Position numbers and translations under genes: made by a program | Notes under the pieces: model-generated | What the model was told of the DNA's origin: nothing | Seen by the model: the letters and a program-made list of their open reading frames with translations, nothing else | The model's database searches: none | In this document: positions 17,346 to 27,387 of the stretch, one piece after another | How the letters are laid out: each line of letters begins with the position of its first letter | Numbering within the stretch: position 1 is the stretch's first letter | Assembly: GCA_049582705.1 (NCBI GenBank) | Contig: JBAUUM010000988.1 | Coordinates: 1 to 51,100, forward strand | Length of the DNA stretch: 51,100 nucleotides | Reading direction: 5' to 3' | Source of the DNA: Actinocatenispora sp. | GTDB lineage: Bacteria > Actinomycetota > Actinomycetes > Mycobacteriales > Micromonosporaceae

Positions 17346-18605
17346 ATGAGCAGCCTCCATGCTCCCGTCGTGGAGCGGGCCTACCGGGAGCACCGGGCCC
17401 GCATGCTCGCCGCGCTCGTCCGCGTGCTCGGTGACTTCGAGCTGGCCGAGGACGCGCTGCAGGAAGCGTGCGCCCTGGCCCTGACCCGATGGACCGACAC
17501 GGTGCCGGACGACCCGGTCGCCTGGCTGCTCACCGTGGCCCGCAACCGGGCCCTCGACGGGGTACGCCGCGCCCAGCGGGGGCGGGAGAAGCAGGCACAG
17601 GCTGCTGGTCGGCCGGGACCGGACGCGGTGACGACGATGGCCGATGGCGGCGAGAAACTCCTGATCGACGTCGGTGACGAGCGGTTGAGTCTGATCTTCA
17701 CCTGCTGCCATCCCGCGTTGGCGGAGGAGGCGCGGGTCGCGTTGACGCTGCAGGCCGTGGTCGGGCTGACCGCGGGGCAGATCGCCCGGATGTTCCTGGT
17801 CGGCGAGCCGGCGCTGGCACAGCGGCTGGTCCGCGCGAAGCGGAAGATCCGCGACGCCGGGATCAGCCTGGAGGTCCCCGCCGACCACCTGCTGCCCGAG
17901 CGGCTGGCCGGGGTGCTGGCCGTGGTGTACCTGATCTTCACCCAGGGCTACACCGCCGCACCCGGCGCGCCGGAGCGTCGCGAACTCTGCCGGGAGGCGA
18001 TCCGGCTGGCCAAGCTGGTCGCCAGCCTGATGCCCGACGAGCCGGAGGCGCTCGCCCTCGTCGCGTTGCTGCTGCTGCACGACTCGCGCGCCACCGCCCG
18101 CTACACCGACGCCGGGGACGCCGTACTGCTGGAGGACCAGGACCGTTCCCGGTGGGACCGAGCCGCGATCGCGGAGGCCGTCGGGTTGCTGGACCGGGCG
18201 TTGCGGCACGAGGTGACCGGCCCGTACCAGATCCAGGCGGCCATCGCCGCACTGCACGCGCGGGCCCCGTCGGCGGACCGGACGGACTGGCCACGCATCG
18301 CGGCGCTGTACTCCCGGCTGCTCGCGGTGGCGCCGACCCCGGTCGTGGCGCTGAACCACGCGGTCGCCGTGGCCATGGCCACCGATCCGGCCACCGGCCT
18401 CACGCTGATGGACCGCATCGACGGCCTCGACCGTTACCACCTGTGGCACGCGGCCCGTGCGGACCTCCTGCGCCGGCTCGGCCGGACCACCGAGGCCGCC
18501 GCCGCGTACCGGCGGGCACACGAATGCGCCACCAGTTCCGCTGACCGCCGATTCCTCGCGGGCCGACTACTCGCACTCGACAGCACGGAGCCCTCATGCG
18601 ACTGA
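17346..18605 (+). CDS. ECF42-type sigma factor (second paralog)
   Basis: [57 protein letters not shown]. Confidence 0.9.
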   Translation: MSSLHAPVVERAYREHRARMLAALVRVLGDFELAEDALQEACALALTRWTDTVPDDPVAWLLTVARNRALDGVRRAQRGREKQAQAAGRPGPDAVTTMADGGEKLLIDVGDERLSLIFTCCHPALAEEARVALTLQAVVGLTAGQIARMFLVGEPALAQRLVRAKRKIRDAGISLEVPADHLLPERLAGVLAVVYLIFTQGYTAAPGAPERRELCREAIRLAKLVASLMPDEPEALALVALLLLHDSRATARYTDAGDAVLLEDQDRSRWDRAAIAEAVGLLDRALRHEVTGPYQIQAAIAALHARAPSADRTDWPRIAALYSRLLAVAPTPVVALNHAVAVAMATDPATGLTLMDRIDGLDRYHLWHAARADLLRRLGRTTEAAAAYRRAHECATSSADRRFLAGRLLALDSTEPSCD

Positions 18606-19477
18606 CCATCCTCGATCACGGACATCGCCTGCGCGCCAGGCTGTTCCTGTCAGCCACGGCGATGAAGTCCCGGGTGGACAGCCCGGACATCGTGAAGATG
18701 CTGCTGTACCGGCCGGACTTCCTCACCCGCCCGCTGCTGGACCTCACCGCCGACGCGATGCGCGGACCGTCGTACTGGACCGCCGGTGAACGCGAGTACC
18801 TGGCGATGTGCACCGCGCAGCTGCACCAGTGCCCGTTCTGCATCGACACCCACGCGGAACTCGTCGGCATCGCCGGCCACGGCGAGATCGACAAGGACGA
18901 CCCGGACTCGGCCCGCCCCGAGCTGCGTCAGGTCCGCGAGTTCCTGGACACCGTGTCCCGCGCCCCGGACGAGGCCGACGTGGCCGGGCTCGCCGGCCTG
19001 CCCGAGCGGGCCGCCCTGGACGCCCTGCACGTCAACCTCGTGTGGAACGTGGTCAACCGGCTGGCCAACGCGTTCGGCTTCGCACTCCGCGACGGCCAGC
19101 TGTACAGCGGGACCCGCGCGCTGCACCGGTTCGGCTACCGCTTCCCCGGCTTCCTGCTCGCCGGCGGCGACCGGACCGACCGGGGCGATGTCGTCGAGAA
19201 CCTCCGGCACGCGGTACTGCACGCCCCCGCCACCACCGAACCGGCACTGCGCGCCGCTGCCCTCGCCGGCGACCCGCTCGCCGAGCCCTGGCAGTCCTAC
19301 GCCGCGACCGTCCGCGACCGGTCGTACCGGGTGACCGACGCGGACATCGACCGGCTCACCGCCGCCGGCCACACCGAGGACGAGATCTTCGAGGTCACCG
19401 TCGCGGCCGCGCTCGGCGCCGCGCTGCGTACCTTCGAGGCCGGCCGGACCGCCGTCCGCCAGGCGAACCCGGCGTAG
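18596..19477 (+). CDS. AhpD/carboxymuconolactone decarboxylase-like protein (two-part)
   Basis: GEREYLA...QCPFCIDTH CxxC motif; C-terminal [21 protein letters not shown] helix motif. Confidence 0.75.
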   Translation: MRLTILDHGHRLRARLFLSATAMKSRVDSPDIVKMLLYRPDFLTRPLLDLTADAMRGPSYWTAGEREYLAMCTAQLHQCPFCIDTHAELVGIAGHGEIDKDDPDSARPELRQVREFLDTVSRAPDEADVAGLAGLPERAALDALHVNLVWNVVNRLANAFGFALRDGQLYSGTRALHRFGYRFPGFLLAGGDRTDRGDVVENLRHAVLHAPATTEPALRAAALAGDPLAEPWQSYAATVRDRSYRVTDADIDRLTAAGHTEDEIFEVTVAAALGAALRTFEAGRTAVRQANPA

Positions 19478-19567
19478 CGGACGGTCGAGAGAGCGGATGT
19501 CGCGGGAATCCCGCGGTGGTGAGCCGCCGGTGCGTCGCACGCCCCGGCGGCTCATCGCGTCCTCCGG

Positions 19568-20155
19568 TCAGACCGGCACCGGCAGCCAGGCCGCCCGTCC
19601 GAGATAGGCCAGCATCCTGGTCTGCTCGTCGGCGTCGGCCGGCGGCGTGACCTCCGGCCCGAAGAACCCCGGCCGCCGCACCACGTTCGCCCGCGCCCAG
19701 TCGAACACCACCGGCACGAGCGACGGCTCCAGCCGGACGTCCAGCCCGAGCGCGTGCCCGACGTCCCAGGTGTGCGTCAGCTGGTCCATGGTCAGCACGG
19801 TGACCATGGCCGCCAACGGCACCTCGCCGAACCCGGGGACCGCAGTCGGCCTCGCGAGCGCCTCGTCGGTCAACGCGGCCACCGACGCCGACCGTGCCTC
19901 CCGCCAGGTCGTCAGCGGATCGCCGTCGGCCAACCGTCCGGGCTGCGGCGAGCCCGGCGCGCCGCCCGCCTCGGCGTAGTCCTCGCCGGTCGCCCAGGCC
20001 CGCATCTGGTACTGCCCCCAGATCACGTGCCCGGCAACGTCGCGCACCGTCCACTCGGCACACGCCGACCGGGTGTCCCACTGGTCCGGCCGGACCGCGG
20101 CCAGTACGGCGTCGAGCCCGTCCTGCGCGAGCCGGTACGACTCCATCGTGTCCAT
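19568..20155 (-). CDS. TIGR03086-type MDMPI/DinB superfamily metal-binding protein
   Basis: QWDTRSACAEWTVRDVAGH, DQLTHTWDVGHALG, LAYLGR. Confidence 0.85.
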   Translation of the reverse strand: MDTMESYRLAQDGLDAVLAAVRPDQWDTRSACAEWTVRDVAGHVIWGQYQMRAWATGEDYAEAGGAPGSPQPGRLADGDPLTTWREARSASVAALTDEALARPTAVPGFGEVPLAAMVTVLTMDQLTHTWDVGHALGLDVRLEPSLVPVVFDWARANVVRRPGFFGPEVTPPADADEQTRMLAYLGRAAWLPVPV

Positions 20156-20192
20156 CGCTGATCCCTTCTCGTCGACATGCCTGCACGCCAAG

Positions 20193-20219
20193 GACGACCG
20201 GCGACGCCCGGACTCGACA
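20193..20219 (-). promoter_or_regulatory. ECF42-type promoter TGTCGA-N17-CGTC (minus strand)
   Basis: Minus strand reads TGTCGA gtccgggcgtcgccggt CGTC, about 38 nt upstream of TIGR03086 start. Confidence 0.7.
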
Positions 20220-20273
20220 TGGTCGCGCCCACCGATGTCCGGAGCGACGGAGCGGGCAGGCCCGGCCGGCGGA

Positions 20274-21056
20274 TCAGGAGTGGGTCACGGTGACCTTGTG
20301 GACGACGACCTCGCCGTAGTTGTCGTCGCTGCAGGGCGAGGAGTTGTCGCAGTTCGCCTGCGTGTACGCGCCCGCCTTGAAGTACGCGCCGTCGAAGTCC
20401 CAGGAGATCGTGGTCTGCAGGTCGCCGTTGTAGTACGCCTCGACCTTCCCGTCCTTGACGACGAACTTCGCCTCGAACTCCGTGCCCAGCTGGTAGTCGC
20501 TGGTGATGAGCTTGTAGTGGGCGTCGTCGTCCTTCGTCACGTAGAGCTTCTCGCCCTCGAGCCGGAACACCGAGATGTCGTCGTCGGAGCCGTGGATCTG
20601 ACCGGCGACGACCTGTGGCTTCTCCTCGGGCAACGCGGTGATCGCCTCGTCGATGACCATCGTGTGCGTGCCCGACGTGGAGGACCAGCTCGCCTCGGAC
20701 TCGCCCGAGTCGGTCATCTCCCGCAGCTCCGAGCGCGGGTAGCTCGACCCGCCGGTGGTGACGCCGTTGACCGGTGCGCGGAACTGGACCCCGTCACAGG
20801 CGTCGGTGGCCCTGAACCAGGGATCGACCGAGTACGTCGCCAGTTCGGGCTGCTCGACGTTCCTGGGATGCTCGGACTCGCCGATCGGCAGACCCTCGTA
20901 CCAGTTTGTGAGGTCGAGGACGTCGGCCGGGTAGTCGCAGTCCGCCGCCGACGGTGCCGATTGCGGCGAACCCGCCGTCGCGGTCGCCGCGGTCGCGGGG
21001 ACGGCGGCGCCGCCCATGGCGAGAACACACACGGCGGCCGTCAGTACGCGCCTCAT
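20274..21056 (-). CDS. Secreted polysaccharide lyase family 7 (alginate lyase-like)
   Basis: Signal peptide; PL7 signature motifs RSELRE, QIH, YFKAGAYTQ. Confidence 0.9.
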   Translation of the reverse strand: MRRVLTAAVCVLAMGGAAVPATAATATAGSPQSAPSAADCDYPADVLDLTNWYEGLPIGESEHPRNVEQPELATYSVDPWFRATDACDGVQFRAPVNGVTTGGSSYPRSELREMTDSGESEASWSSTSGTHTMVIDEAITALPEEKPQVVAGQIHGSDDDISVFRLEGEKLYVTKDDDAHYKLITSDYQLGTEFEAKFVVKDGKVEAYYNGDLQTTISWDFDGAYFKAGAYTQANCDNSSPCSDDNYGEVVVHKVTVTHS

Positions 21057-21179
21057 CGAATCTCCTGTTCCGTCGATCACCAGGTCGTCCGCGGCGGGGT
21101 CCGCCCACCGCGTCACCGCGACAGTGCGAGCACTGTGTCGAAGCTGAATGGTCCGTTGGTCAACCGGTCGGCGGCGGCC

Positions 21180-22229
21180 TCACGAACACGACAACGTGCC
21201 GCCACGCAGCGCGTGGTCGTCGTCGTTGTCGTCGTCGGACCACACGACGTTCCGGCTTCCCGACGTGCAGTCGGGTGCGATGGCGAATCCCTCGTTGTTC
21301 AGGTTGGACATCCCGGACGGCCGCTCGTACACGCCCGTGACCGCCAGCTTTCCCTGCCCGTCCACCTCCAGCGTCGCGGCGCGACCATCGCAGGTGTCGT
21401 CGCACACCGCCCACAGGCGGCCGGTACCGGCCTCGAATTCGAGGTCCATGACCGCGGGGAATCCGGTGGACATGGTGGCGACGCGGGTGACGCCGCCGCC
21501 GTTCTGGTCCAGCGCGTACGCGTACACGTCGCCGGTGGATTCGAGGCCGACCACGTACAGGCCGGTGCCGTGGTCGGGGTACGCGGCCGGATCGTAGGCC
21601 GCGCCGGTGTGTTCGTCACGGAAGCCGTGCGCGGTCAGGTAACTGTCCGGGAGCCACGAGATTCCCTCGATGCCGCTGTTGGGATCCGAGGAGGGCAGGT
21701 CCGCGGTGAGGTCCCATTCGCCGGTCGCGTCGAGTTCGTCGGCCGAGGACGAGCCGTCGAAGCGGAGGATCTCCTGCTTACTGGTGTCGTCGTTGTCGTT
21801 GTCCCGTTCGACGGAGGCGAACAGGCCGTCCTGGGTGGCGACGACACCTTCGGTGTCGGGGTCGCCGTCACCGTCGCCGTAGTGCAGGGACCTGCCGGAT
21901 TCCCAGCCCTCCGCGGGGGTCCACTTCGTGCCCGACGGTACGAGCCGGTAGAGCGTGCCGGGGCCGTTGTCGATGGCCCAGAGCACGCCGGCGCCCCCGA
22001 ACGACAGCCCGCTCAGGTTCTTGCCGAACACGTTCTCGTCGTCGACCGTCCCGACGTCGGCCCCGCCCGGCCAGGCGGCGTCGGCAGACCTGTCGACGGC
22101 CTGGTCCTGTCGAGCGGCGGTCTCCTGCGCGTGTGCCGGCGCGCCGGCCATGGTGACGGCAAGGGAAACGGCGGCCAGGGAAGCTGTGGAAAAGACGAAT
22201 CCCGCCCAGGTCAGCCTGCTGTTGTCCAT
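21180..22229 (-). CDS. Secreted beta-propeller protein (SdiA-regulated/phytase-esterase-like)
   Basis: Signal peptide; NLSGLSF, DTEGV, GIEGISW, NNEGFAI repeated blade-like motifs. Confidence 0.6.
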   Translation of the reverse strand: MDNSRLTWAGFVFSTASLAAVSLAVTMAGAPAHAQETAARQDQAVDRSADAAWPGGADVGTVDDENVFGKNLSGLSFGGAGVLWAIDNGPGTLYRLVPSGTKWTPAEGWESGRSLHYGDGDGDPDTEGVVATQDGLFASVERDNDNDDTSKQEILRFDGSSSADELDATGEWDLTADLPSSDPNSGIEGISWLPDSYLTAHGFRDEHTGAAYDPAAYPDHGTGLYVVGLESTGDVYAYALDQNGGGVTRVATMSTGFPAVMDLEFEAGTGRLWAVCDDTCDGRAATLEVDGQGKLAVTGVYERPSGMSNLNNEGFAIAPDCTSGSRNVVWSDDDNDDDHALRGGTLSCS

Positions 22230-22531
22230 TGAACGGGGGCTCCTTTTGGTGGCAATTGTCGTGATCCACGGTGCATCATACGCATTGTCCATTGGAATGA
22301 CGAGCAATCACCTCGCGGCCGACAGCAGTCTGGTGAATCCCACAGACGGGCGGACCGGAGCGGCCGGAGAACGGAATCTCGCGGCGGCGGACACCCTACC
22401 CAGTTACGGCGGCATTACCGCGGAATCCCCATCGCCGCCACCTCATCGTAGGATCTTTCGGGCCTGCGAACCTCGATGCTCCGGCTCCCTCGTTGTACGT
22501 CACACCTGCGATGACAGAGGGATGGAGACGG

Positions 22532-24379
22532 ATGGTTGGGCGAAGGAAAGTCCTCCTGGCCGGTGCGGCCGGAGGTGCGGGATTGCTGCTGCCAGGCGGT
22601 GTCGAGCGCGCCGAGGCCCACGGGTCGGCGGCCACGAAGGCGCGGCCCGCGGTCACCGCGGTGCCGCACACGCCACACCTGACGAAGTTCGTCGACCCGC
22701 TGCCCATACCGCTGACGGCCGTCCCGGATCCGTCCGCCTATCCGGGTGCCGACTACTACGAGATCACCATGTTGCAGCGCTCGTGGCAGTTTCACCGGGA
22801 CCTCGGTACGGCCACGACGTGGGGATACTGGGCGGCGAATCCACACGGCTATGACGAGCCGATCGGCATGGGCTATCTCGGTCCGACCATCAGCGTGCTC
22901 AGCGACCGTCCGACGGTTGTCAAGTATCGCAACGACCTGCCGACCACCCATCTGTTCCAGTCCGCGGTCGACCTCCTCCACCAGGGGAAGGGTGCGCCGC
23001 CGCCCTACCACGGTGAACCGTCCCTTCCCGCGGACGTCAACGTGTGGAACGTGGTGCACCAGCACGGCGGATTCACCCCGCCGCAGTCCGACGGCCTGCC
23101 GCTGCAGTCGTACAGCCCGAACGGCGTGCACGCCTCGTTCTACACCACTCTCGAGCCGGACAAGGTCGAGCCCAACGAGGCGATCTGCGCGTACACCAAC
23201 CACGAGCGTGCGGCCATGCTCTGGTACCACGATCACGGCATGGGACTGACCAGCCTCAACGTCTACGCGGGGCTCGCCGGGCTCTACCTCGTCCGTGACC
23301 CCGCCGACGAGCGGTACAAGCTGCCGCGAGGCGAATTCGAGGTTCCCCTCATCCTGCAGGACCGGACCTTCTATCCGGACGGTTCGCTCGCGTACACCAT
23401 GAACCAGGTGGCAGGAGCGGACACGGCCGTCGTGAACGGGAAGGCGTACCCCTTCCTGGCCGTCGAGCCGCGCCGCTACCGGCTGCGGTTCCTCAATGCC
23501 TCGAACGAACGGTTCTGGCGGCTGCGCTTCGAGGTCCCCGAGGACGTACTGCCGGAGACCACACTGCCGTTCTGGCTGATCGGCACCGACAGCGGTTTCC
23601 GGCCGCCGTTGCGGATGCGGGACTTCCTCATCGCGCCGGCCGAACGGTACGACCTGATCGTCGACTTCGGTGACCTGCCCCCGGGTACGAAGGTCACCCT
23701 GGTGAACTACGACGCGCCCGTCCACTACCCGTCCGGCAGCGGACCGGTGATCCCGGAAGTCATGCAGTTCCAGGTGACCGAGCGACTGAGCCACCCGGAC
23801 CGGACCACGCCGCCCTGGAAACTCGACCTGCCGGCGGTCGTACCGATCCAGCCGGAGCCCGACACCCGACGGCGGCAGCTGGTCGTGTACGAGGGGGTGT
23901 CCTTCCAGTTCAACGCTCTGCCGTTCATGGCGCCGAGTGAGGACTTCGTCAAGACGGACTCGACGGAGATCTGGGAGTACGTCAATCCCAACCCCGACGC
24001 CCATCCGATGCATGTCCACCTCGTCAACTTCCAGGTACTGGACAGGCAGCCGCTCGACAGCGCAGCCTTCCGGGCGGACTACCAGAAGTGGCTCACGGGT
24101 GGCCGCAAACCGGCGGACAAACCGGTGCTGGCCCACTACCTCACCGGCCCGCCGGTACCGCCCGAGCCGGACGAGAAACTGTCCAGCAAGGACACGGTCA
24201 AGGCCTATTCGGACATGGTGACCCGAATAATCATCAGGGACTTCAACCCGCCGACGAAGGAGATCGCGTCGATCCCCGAAAGCGGCGCCACGCTCCCGGC
24301 GACGTACGTCCACCACTGCCACATTCTCGAACACGAGGACGACGACCTCATGCGCCCCTGGACGATCGTCCAGGGCTGA
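22532..24379 (+). CDS. Tat-exported three-domain multicopper oxidase (CotA/bilirubin oxidase/PhsA-like)
   Basis: GRRKVL Tat signal; copper motifs HQHGG, WYHDH, HPMHVH, HCHILEHED. Confidence 0.92.
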   Translation: MVGRRKVLLAGAAGGAGLLLPGGVERAEAHGSAATKARPAVTAVPHTPHLTKFVDPLPIPLTAVPDPSAYPGADYYEITMLQRSWQFHRDLGTATTWGYWAANPHGYDEPIGMGYLGPTISVLSDRPTVVKYRNDLPTTHLFQSAVDLLHQGKGAPPPYHGEPSLPADVNVWNVVHQHGGFTPPQSDGLPLQSYSPNGVHASFYTTLEPDKVEPNEAICAYTNHERAAMLWYHDHGMGLTSLNVYAGLAGLYLVRDPADERYKLPRGEFEVPLILQDRTFYPDGSLAYTMNQVAGADTAVVNGKAYPFLAVEPRRYRLRFLNASNERFWRLRFEVPEDVLPETTLPFWLIGTDSGFRPPLRMRDFLIAPAERYDLIVDFGDLPPGTKVTLVNYDAPVHYPSGSGPVIPEVMQFQVTERLSHPDRTTPPWKLDLPAVVPIQPEPDTRRRQLVVYEGVSFQFNALPFMAPSEDFVKTDSTEIWEYVNPNPDAHPMHVHLVNFQVLDRQPLDSAAFRADYQKWLTGGRKPADKPVLAHYLTGPPVPPEPDEKLSSKDTVKAYSDMVTRIIIRDFNPPTKEIASIPESGATLPATYVHHCHILEHEDDDLMRPWTIVQG

Positions 24380-24384
24380 CCGCG

Positions 24385-24429
24385 GAAGGCCCCTCGGCGA
24401 GATCATCACGACCTCGCCGAGGGGCCTTC
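24385..24429. terminator. Bidirectional terminator-like hairpin between convergent genes
   Basis: 17-bp arms GAAGGCCCCTCGGCGAG / CTCGCCGAGGGGCCTTC. Confidence 0.7.
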
Positions 24430-24521
24430 GTCGCGTCCCGGGCCGTCGGGCGTGCCGGCCGCCGTACGGTGTGCACCGCCCGGGGACCGCCGGCGTCGGC
24501 GCGCCCGTCCCGGTATACGGC

Positions 24522-24980
24522 TCACACACTCGTGGTGGAGGCCGCGTCGAGAACGCGCCGGCGGGTGATGACGGCGATCGCGACCAGCGGCACCGCGGAC
24601 GCGCCCTGCATCGCCGCGTACCAGACCGGGCAGACACCGGGAATCAGGTCCACCGCGACGATGGCGATCGGCAGCACCGTGCTGATGGTACGGAGACGGT
24701 CGAGGTGCTTCCGCATTCCTCGCGACGCGCGGACGGCCAGCCGGTGGAGGAAGGGCGTGACGGCGAGCAGGATCCCCGCCCGTACCCACATGAACGTGTT
24801 CACCGAGCCGTGCGCCAGCATCGTCGTGGCCACCGTCGCCACGACGATCGCGCTCATGACCCCGAAGATCACGATGCACTTCCTCGCCGTGTCGAACGCC
24901 CGCTGGGTGCCGTCCGGCTGACCCGCCTCAGGCAGGGCGCCGCCGGGGGTCCCCGCTGTCCGGTTCTTCGAAGTCGTCAT
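24522..24980 (-). CDS. Small integral membrane protein (about 4 TM), probable target of adjacent two-component system
   Basis: Hydrophobic segments; TAGCGT -10-like hexamer 7 nt before ATG. Confidence 0.7.
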   Translation of the reverse strand: MTTSKNRTAGTPGGALPEAGQPDGTQRAFDTARKCIVIFGVMSAIVVATVATTMLAHGSVNTFMWVRAGILLAVTPFLHRLAVRASRGMRKHLDRLRTISTVLPIAIVAVDLIPGVCPVWYAAMQGASAVPLVAIAVITRRRVLDAASTTSV

Positions 24981-25037
24981 GAAAATGACGCTACGCAGGC
25001 CAGCGACCTCGTACTACAGGCTCAGACACACGGGTCG

Positions 25038-25053
25038 GTGGGCCTGGACCCAC
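25038..25053. promoter_or_regulatory. Palindromic box GTGGG-N6-CCCAC, putative response-regulator site
   Basis: Identical 16-mer GTGGGCCTGGACCCAC also at 27063-27078. Confidence 0.65.
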
Positions 25054-25070
25054 TCCCGTCAGCGCGCGGT

Positions 25071-25718
25071 TCAGGGCTTGTTCAGATAGGTGAGTACGGC
25101 GAGCACGCGACGGTTGCTGCTGTCGTCGTCGGTGATGCCGAGCTTGCCGAACATGGAGGTGGTGTACTTGCTGACCGCGCTGTCACTGAGGAAAAGCCGC
25201 GTACCGATCGCGTGATTGGACAGCCCCTCGGCCATCAGCGCGAGCACCTCGTGTTCGCGTGCGGTGAGCTGCGCGAGGTGCCGGTTGGCGGTGCCACCGG
25301 ACAGCAGCTGGCCGATGACGGCCGGGTCCATGGCGGTACCGCCGCCGGCGACCCGTTCCAGCGCGTCCATGAACTGGTCCGCGTCGAACACGCTGTCCTT
25401 GAGGAAGTAGCCGACACCGCCGGCGCCGTCGGTCAGCAGTTCACGGGCGTACAACTGCTCGACGTGCTGGGACAGGATCAGTACCGGCAGTCCCGGCACC
25501 TCGCGACGGGCGGCGAGCGCGGCGCGGAGGCCCTCGTCGGACTGTGCCGGCGGCATGCGGACGTCCACGATGGACACGTCCGGCCGCCACGTCAGCAGCG
25601 CGTCGAGCGTCTCCGGCCCGGTCGACGCCGTCGCCACCACCTCGTGCCCGTACGCGTCGAGGAGGCGTACCAGCCCGTCACGCAGCAGGTACAGGTCTTC
25701 GGCTACGACGATGCGCAT
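25071..25718 (-). CDS. NarL/LuxR-family response regulator
   Basis: MRIVVAED, DVRMPP, LTAREHEVLALMAEGLSN, NRRVLAVL. Confidence 0.92.
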   Translation of the reverse strand: MRIVVAEDLYLLRDGLVRLLDAYGHEVVATASTGPETLDALLTWRPDVSIVDVRMPPAQSDEGLRAALAARREVPGLPVLILSQHVEQLYARELLTDGAGGVGYFLKDSVFDADQFMDALERVAGGGTAMDPAVIGQLLSGGTANRHLAQLTAREHEVLALMAEGLSNHAIGTRLFLSDSAVSKYTTSMFGKLGITDDDSSNRRVLAVLTYLNKP

Positions 25719-26956
25719 GGCACCACCATTCTCGTGCGGGTCGGCCCACCGGTCGGGCTGCTGATGTCCAGGGTGCCGTCGAACGCGGCGAGGCGTCGAC
25801 GGAGCCCCGCCAGGCCGCCCCCGGTGCGGACGTCGGCGCCGCCCTCGCCGTCGTCGTCGACCTCGGCGACCAGGGCGGTGTCGTCGTGGGTGAGGGAGAT
25901 CCGTGCGGTGTCCGCGTGGGCGTGCTTGACGGCGTTGGTCAGCAGTTCGGCGATGCCGAAGTACACGGCCGCCTCGATCGGCGGGTCCAGGTCGAACCGG
26001 CCCTCGGCGGTGACGGTGGCCGGCAGCGGGCAGTTCAGGGCGAGCGCGCGTACCGCGTCGACCAGCCCGCGCTCGTTGAGCACCGGCGGGCTGATCCCGC
26101 GGACCAGGTCCCGCAGCTCCTTCAGGGAAGCGGACGCGCCGACCCGGGCCTCCCGCATCAGCGCCCTGGCCTGGTCCGGGTCGGTCTCCATCAGCTTCTC
26201 CGCGGTGACCAGCGACAGTCCCAGCGAGACCAGGCGCGCCTGCGCCCCGTCGTGCAGGTCCCGACCGATGCGGCGGATCTCGGCGGCCTGGGCGACCGTC
26301 GTGTCCGCGCGCTGGGTCATCAGCTCGTCGACGCGGTCGGCCAGCAGCATCGCCGGTGTCGCGCTCAGGAACCTCACGGTGAGCGGAACCGTCGGTCGCC
26401 AGGCGTACGCGGCCGCGGCGACGGCGACGACGACACCCAGGACACCGACGAGCCGCCAGACGGGCGCCGGCTGCAGGACGCCGACGACGGCCGCCGCGAC
26501 GCCCGCCGACGGTACCGCCGCGACCAGCGCCGCGAACGGGGCGACCGCCATGAACCGCAGGTCGCGCCAGGTCGCCGGATCGGTGAACCGCAGCCGCAAC
26601 TCCAGGTCCTCCCGGGCCCGCCTGCGGGAACGCTCGTACGAGTGCCCGTTCCACCAGTACCCGGTGGACATCTGGACCATCGTCCCCGGCCGCCGGTACC
26701 CGCCGGGCAGGTCGGCGCCCGTCCACCTGCCGACGAGGTGCCGGAACATCCGGCAGACCGGGCGGGACAACAGGAAGGTGCCGACGCAGCCCCAGAGGAC
26801 CACCGGGAGCAGCGTCCACGGGCCGTCCACCCACCACACCCCGAGGGCCACGGCGGCGGCCCAGACCGCGGGAACCAGCGCGCCGACGGCGAGCACGGCG
26901 CACGCCCGTACGAACCCCACGCAGGCGCTGCGCACCCACGACACCAGTACTCGCAT
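25703..26956 (-). CDS. Membrane sensor histidine kinase (HisKA_3)
   Basis: RIGRDLHDGAQARL H-box, ELLTNAVKHA N-box, DDGEGGA, GGLAGL. Confidence 0.92.
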   Translation of the reverse strand: MRVLVSWVRSACVGFVRACAVLAVGALVPAVWAAAVALGVWWVDGPWTLLPVVLWGCVGTFLLSRPVCRMFRHLVGRWTGADLPGGYRRPGTMVQMSTGYWWNGHSYERSRRRAREDLELRLRFTDPATWRDLRFMAVAPFAALVAAVPSAGVAAAVVGVLQPAPVWRLVGVLGVVVAVAAAAYAWRPTVPLTVRFLSATPAMLLADRVDELMTQRADTTVAQAAEIRRIGRDLHDGAQARLVSLGLSLVTAEKLMETDPDQARALMREARVGASASLKELRDLVRGISPPVLNERGLVDAVRALALNCPLPATVTAEGRFDLDPPIEAAVYFGIAELLTNAVKHAHADTARISLTHDDTALVAEVDDDGEGGADVRTGGGLAGLRRRLAAFDGTLDISSPTGGPTRTRMVVPCASS

Positions 26957-27062
26957 GGTTCTTCCCTCAGTACTCGCGGCCGCCGCATCGGTTCGCCCGC
27001 CGGGCATGGCGTGTCCACTCTGCACCACACGGGCTGTGACACCCCAGCGGATCGGCACCGAA

Positions 27063-27078
27063 GTGGGCCTGGACCCAC
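27063..27078. promoter_or_regulatory. Second copy of GTGGGCCTGGACCCAC box upstream of kinase gene
   Basis: Exact match to 25038-25053. Confidence 0.65.
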
Positions 27079-27387
27079 CCCGTCGTACGGCCAGGCCCAC
27101 ACCCCACCGGTCGCACGCGTCCGGGCAACGACACCGGACGACCGACGGCGGGTGGTCCGGTGAACGGGGGTCGCGACGGGAGCCCCGTGACTCGTCGGCC
27201 GGCCCGTGGGTCGCCCGGTTGGCGTGGTCGTGATGGGGTCACTCGCCCGGCATGGCGGGCATTCGCGGACCCGTGACGGTCCGCCCGGAGAAGGCACGAA
27301 TGAGTGAAGCAATACTTACTATCAGTGAGTCTTCGCACAGAAGAGATCCATCGCCACCGTGAGTGAGGACAGCTAGGCTCGGCGCCC

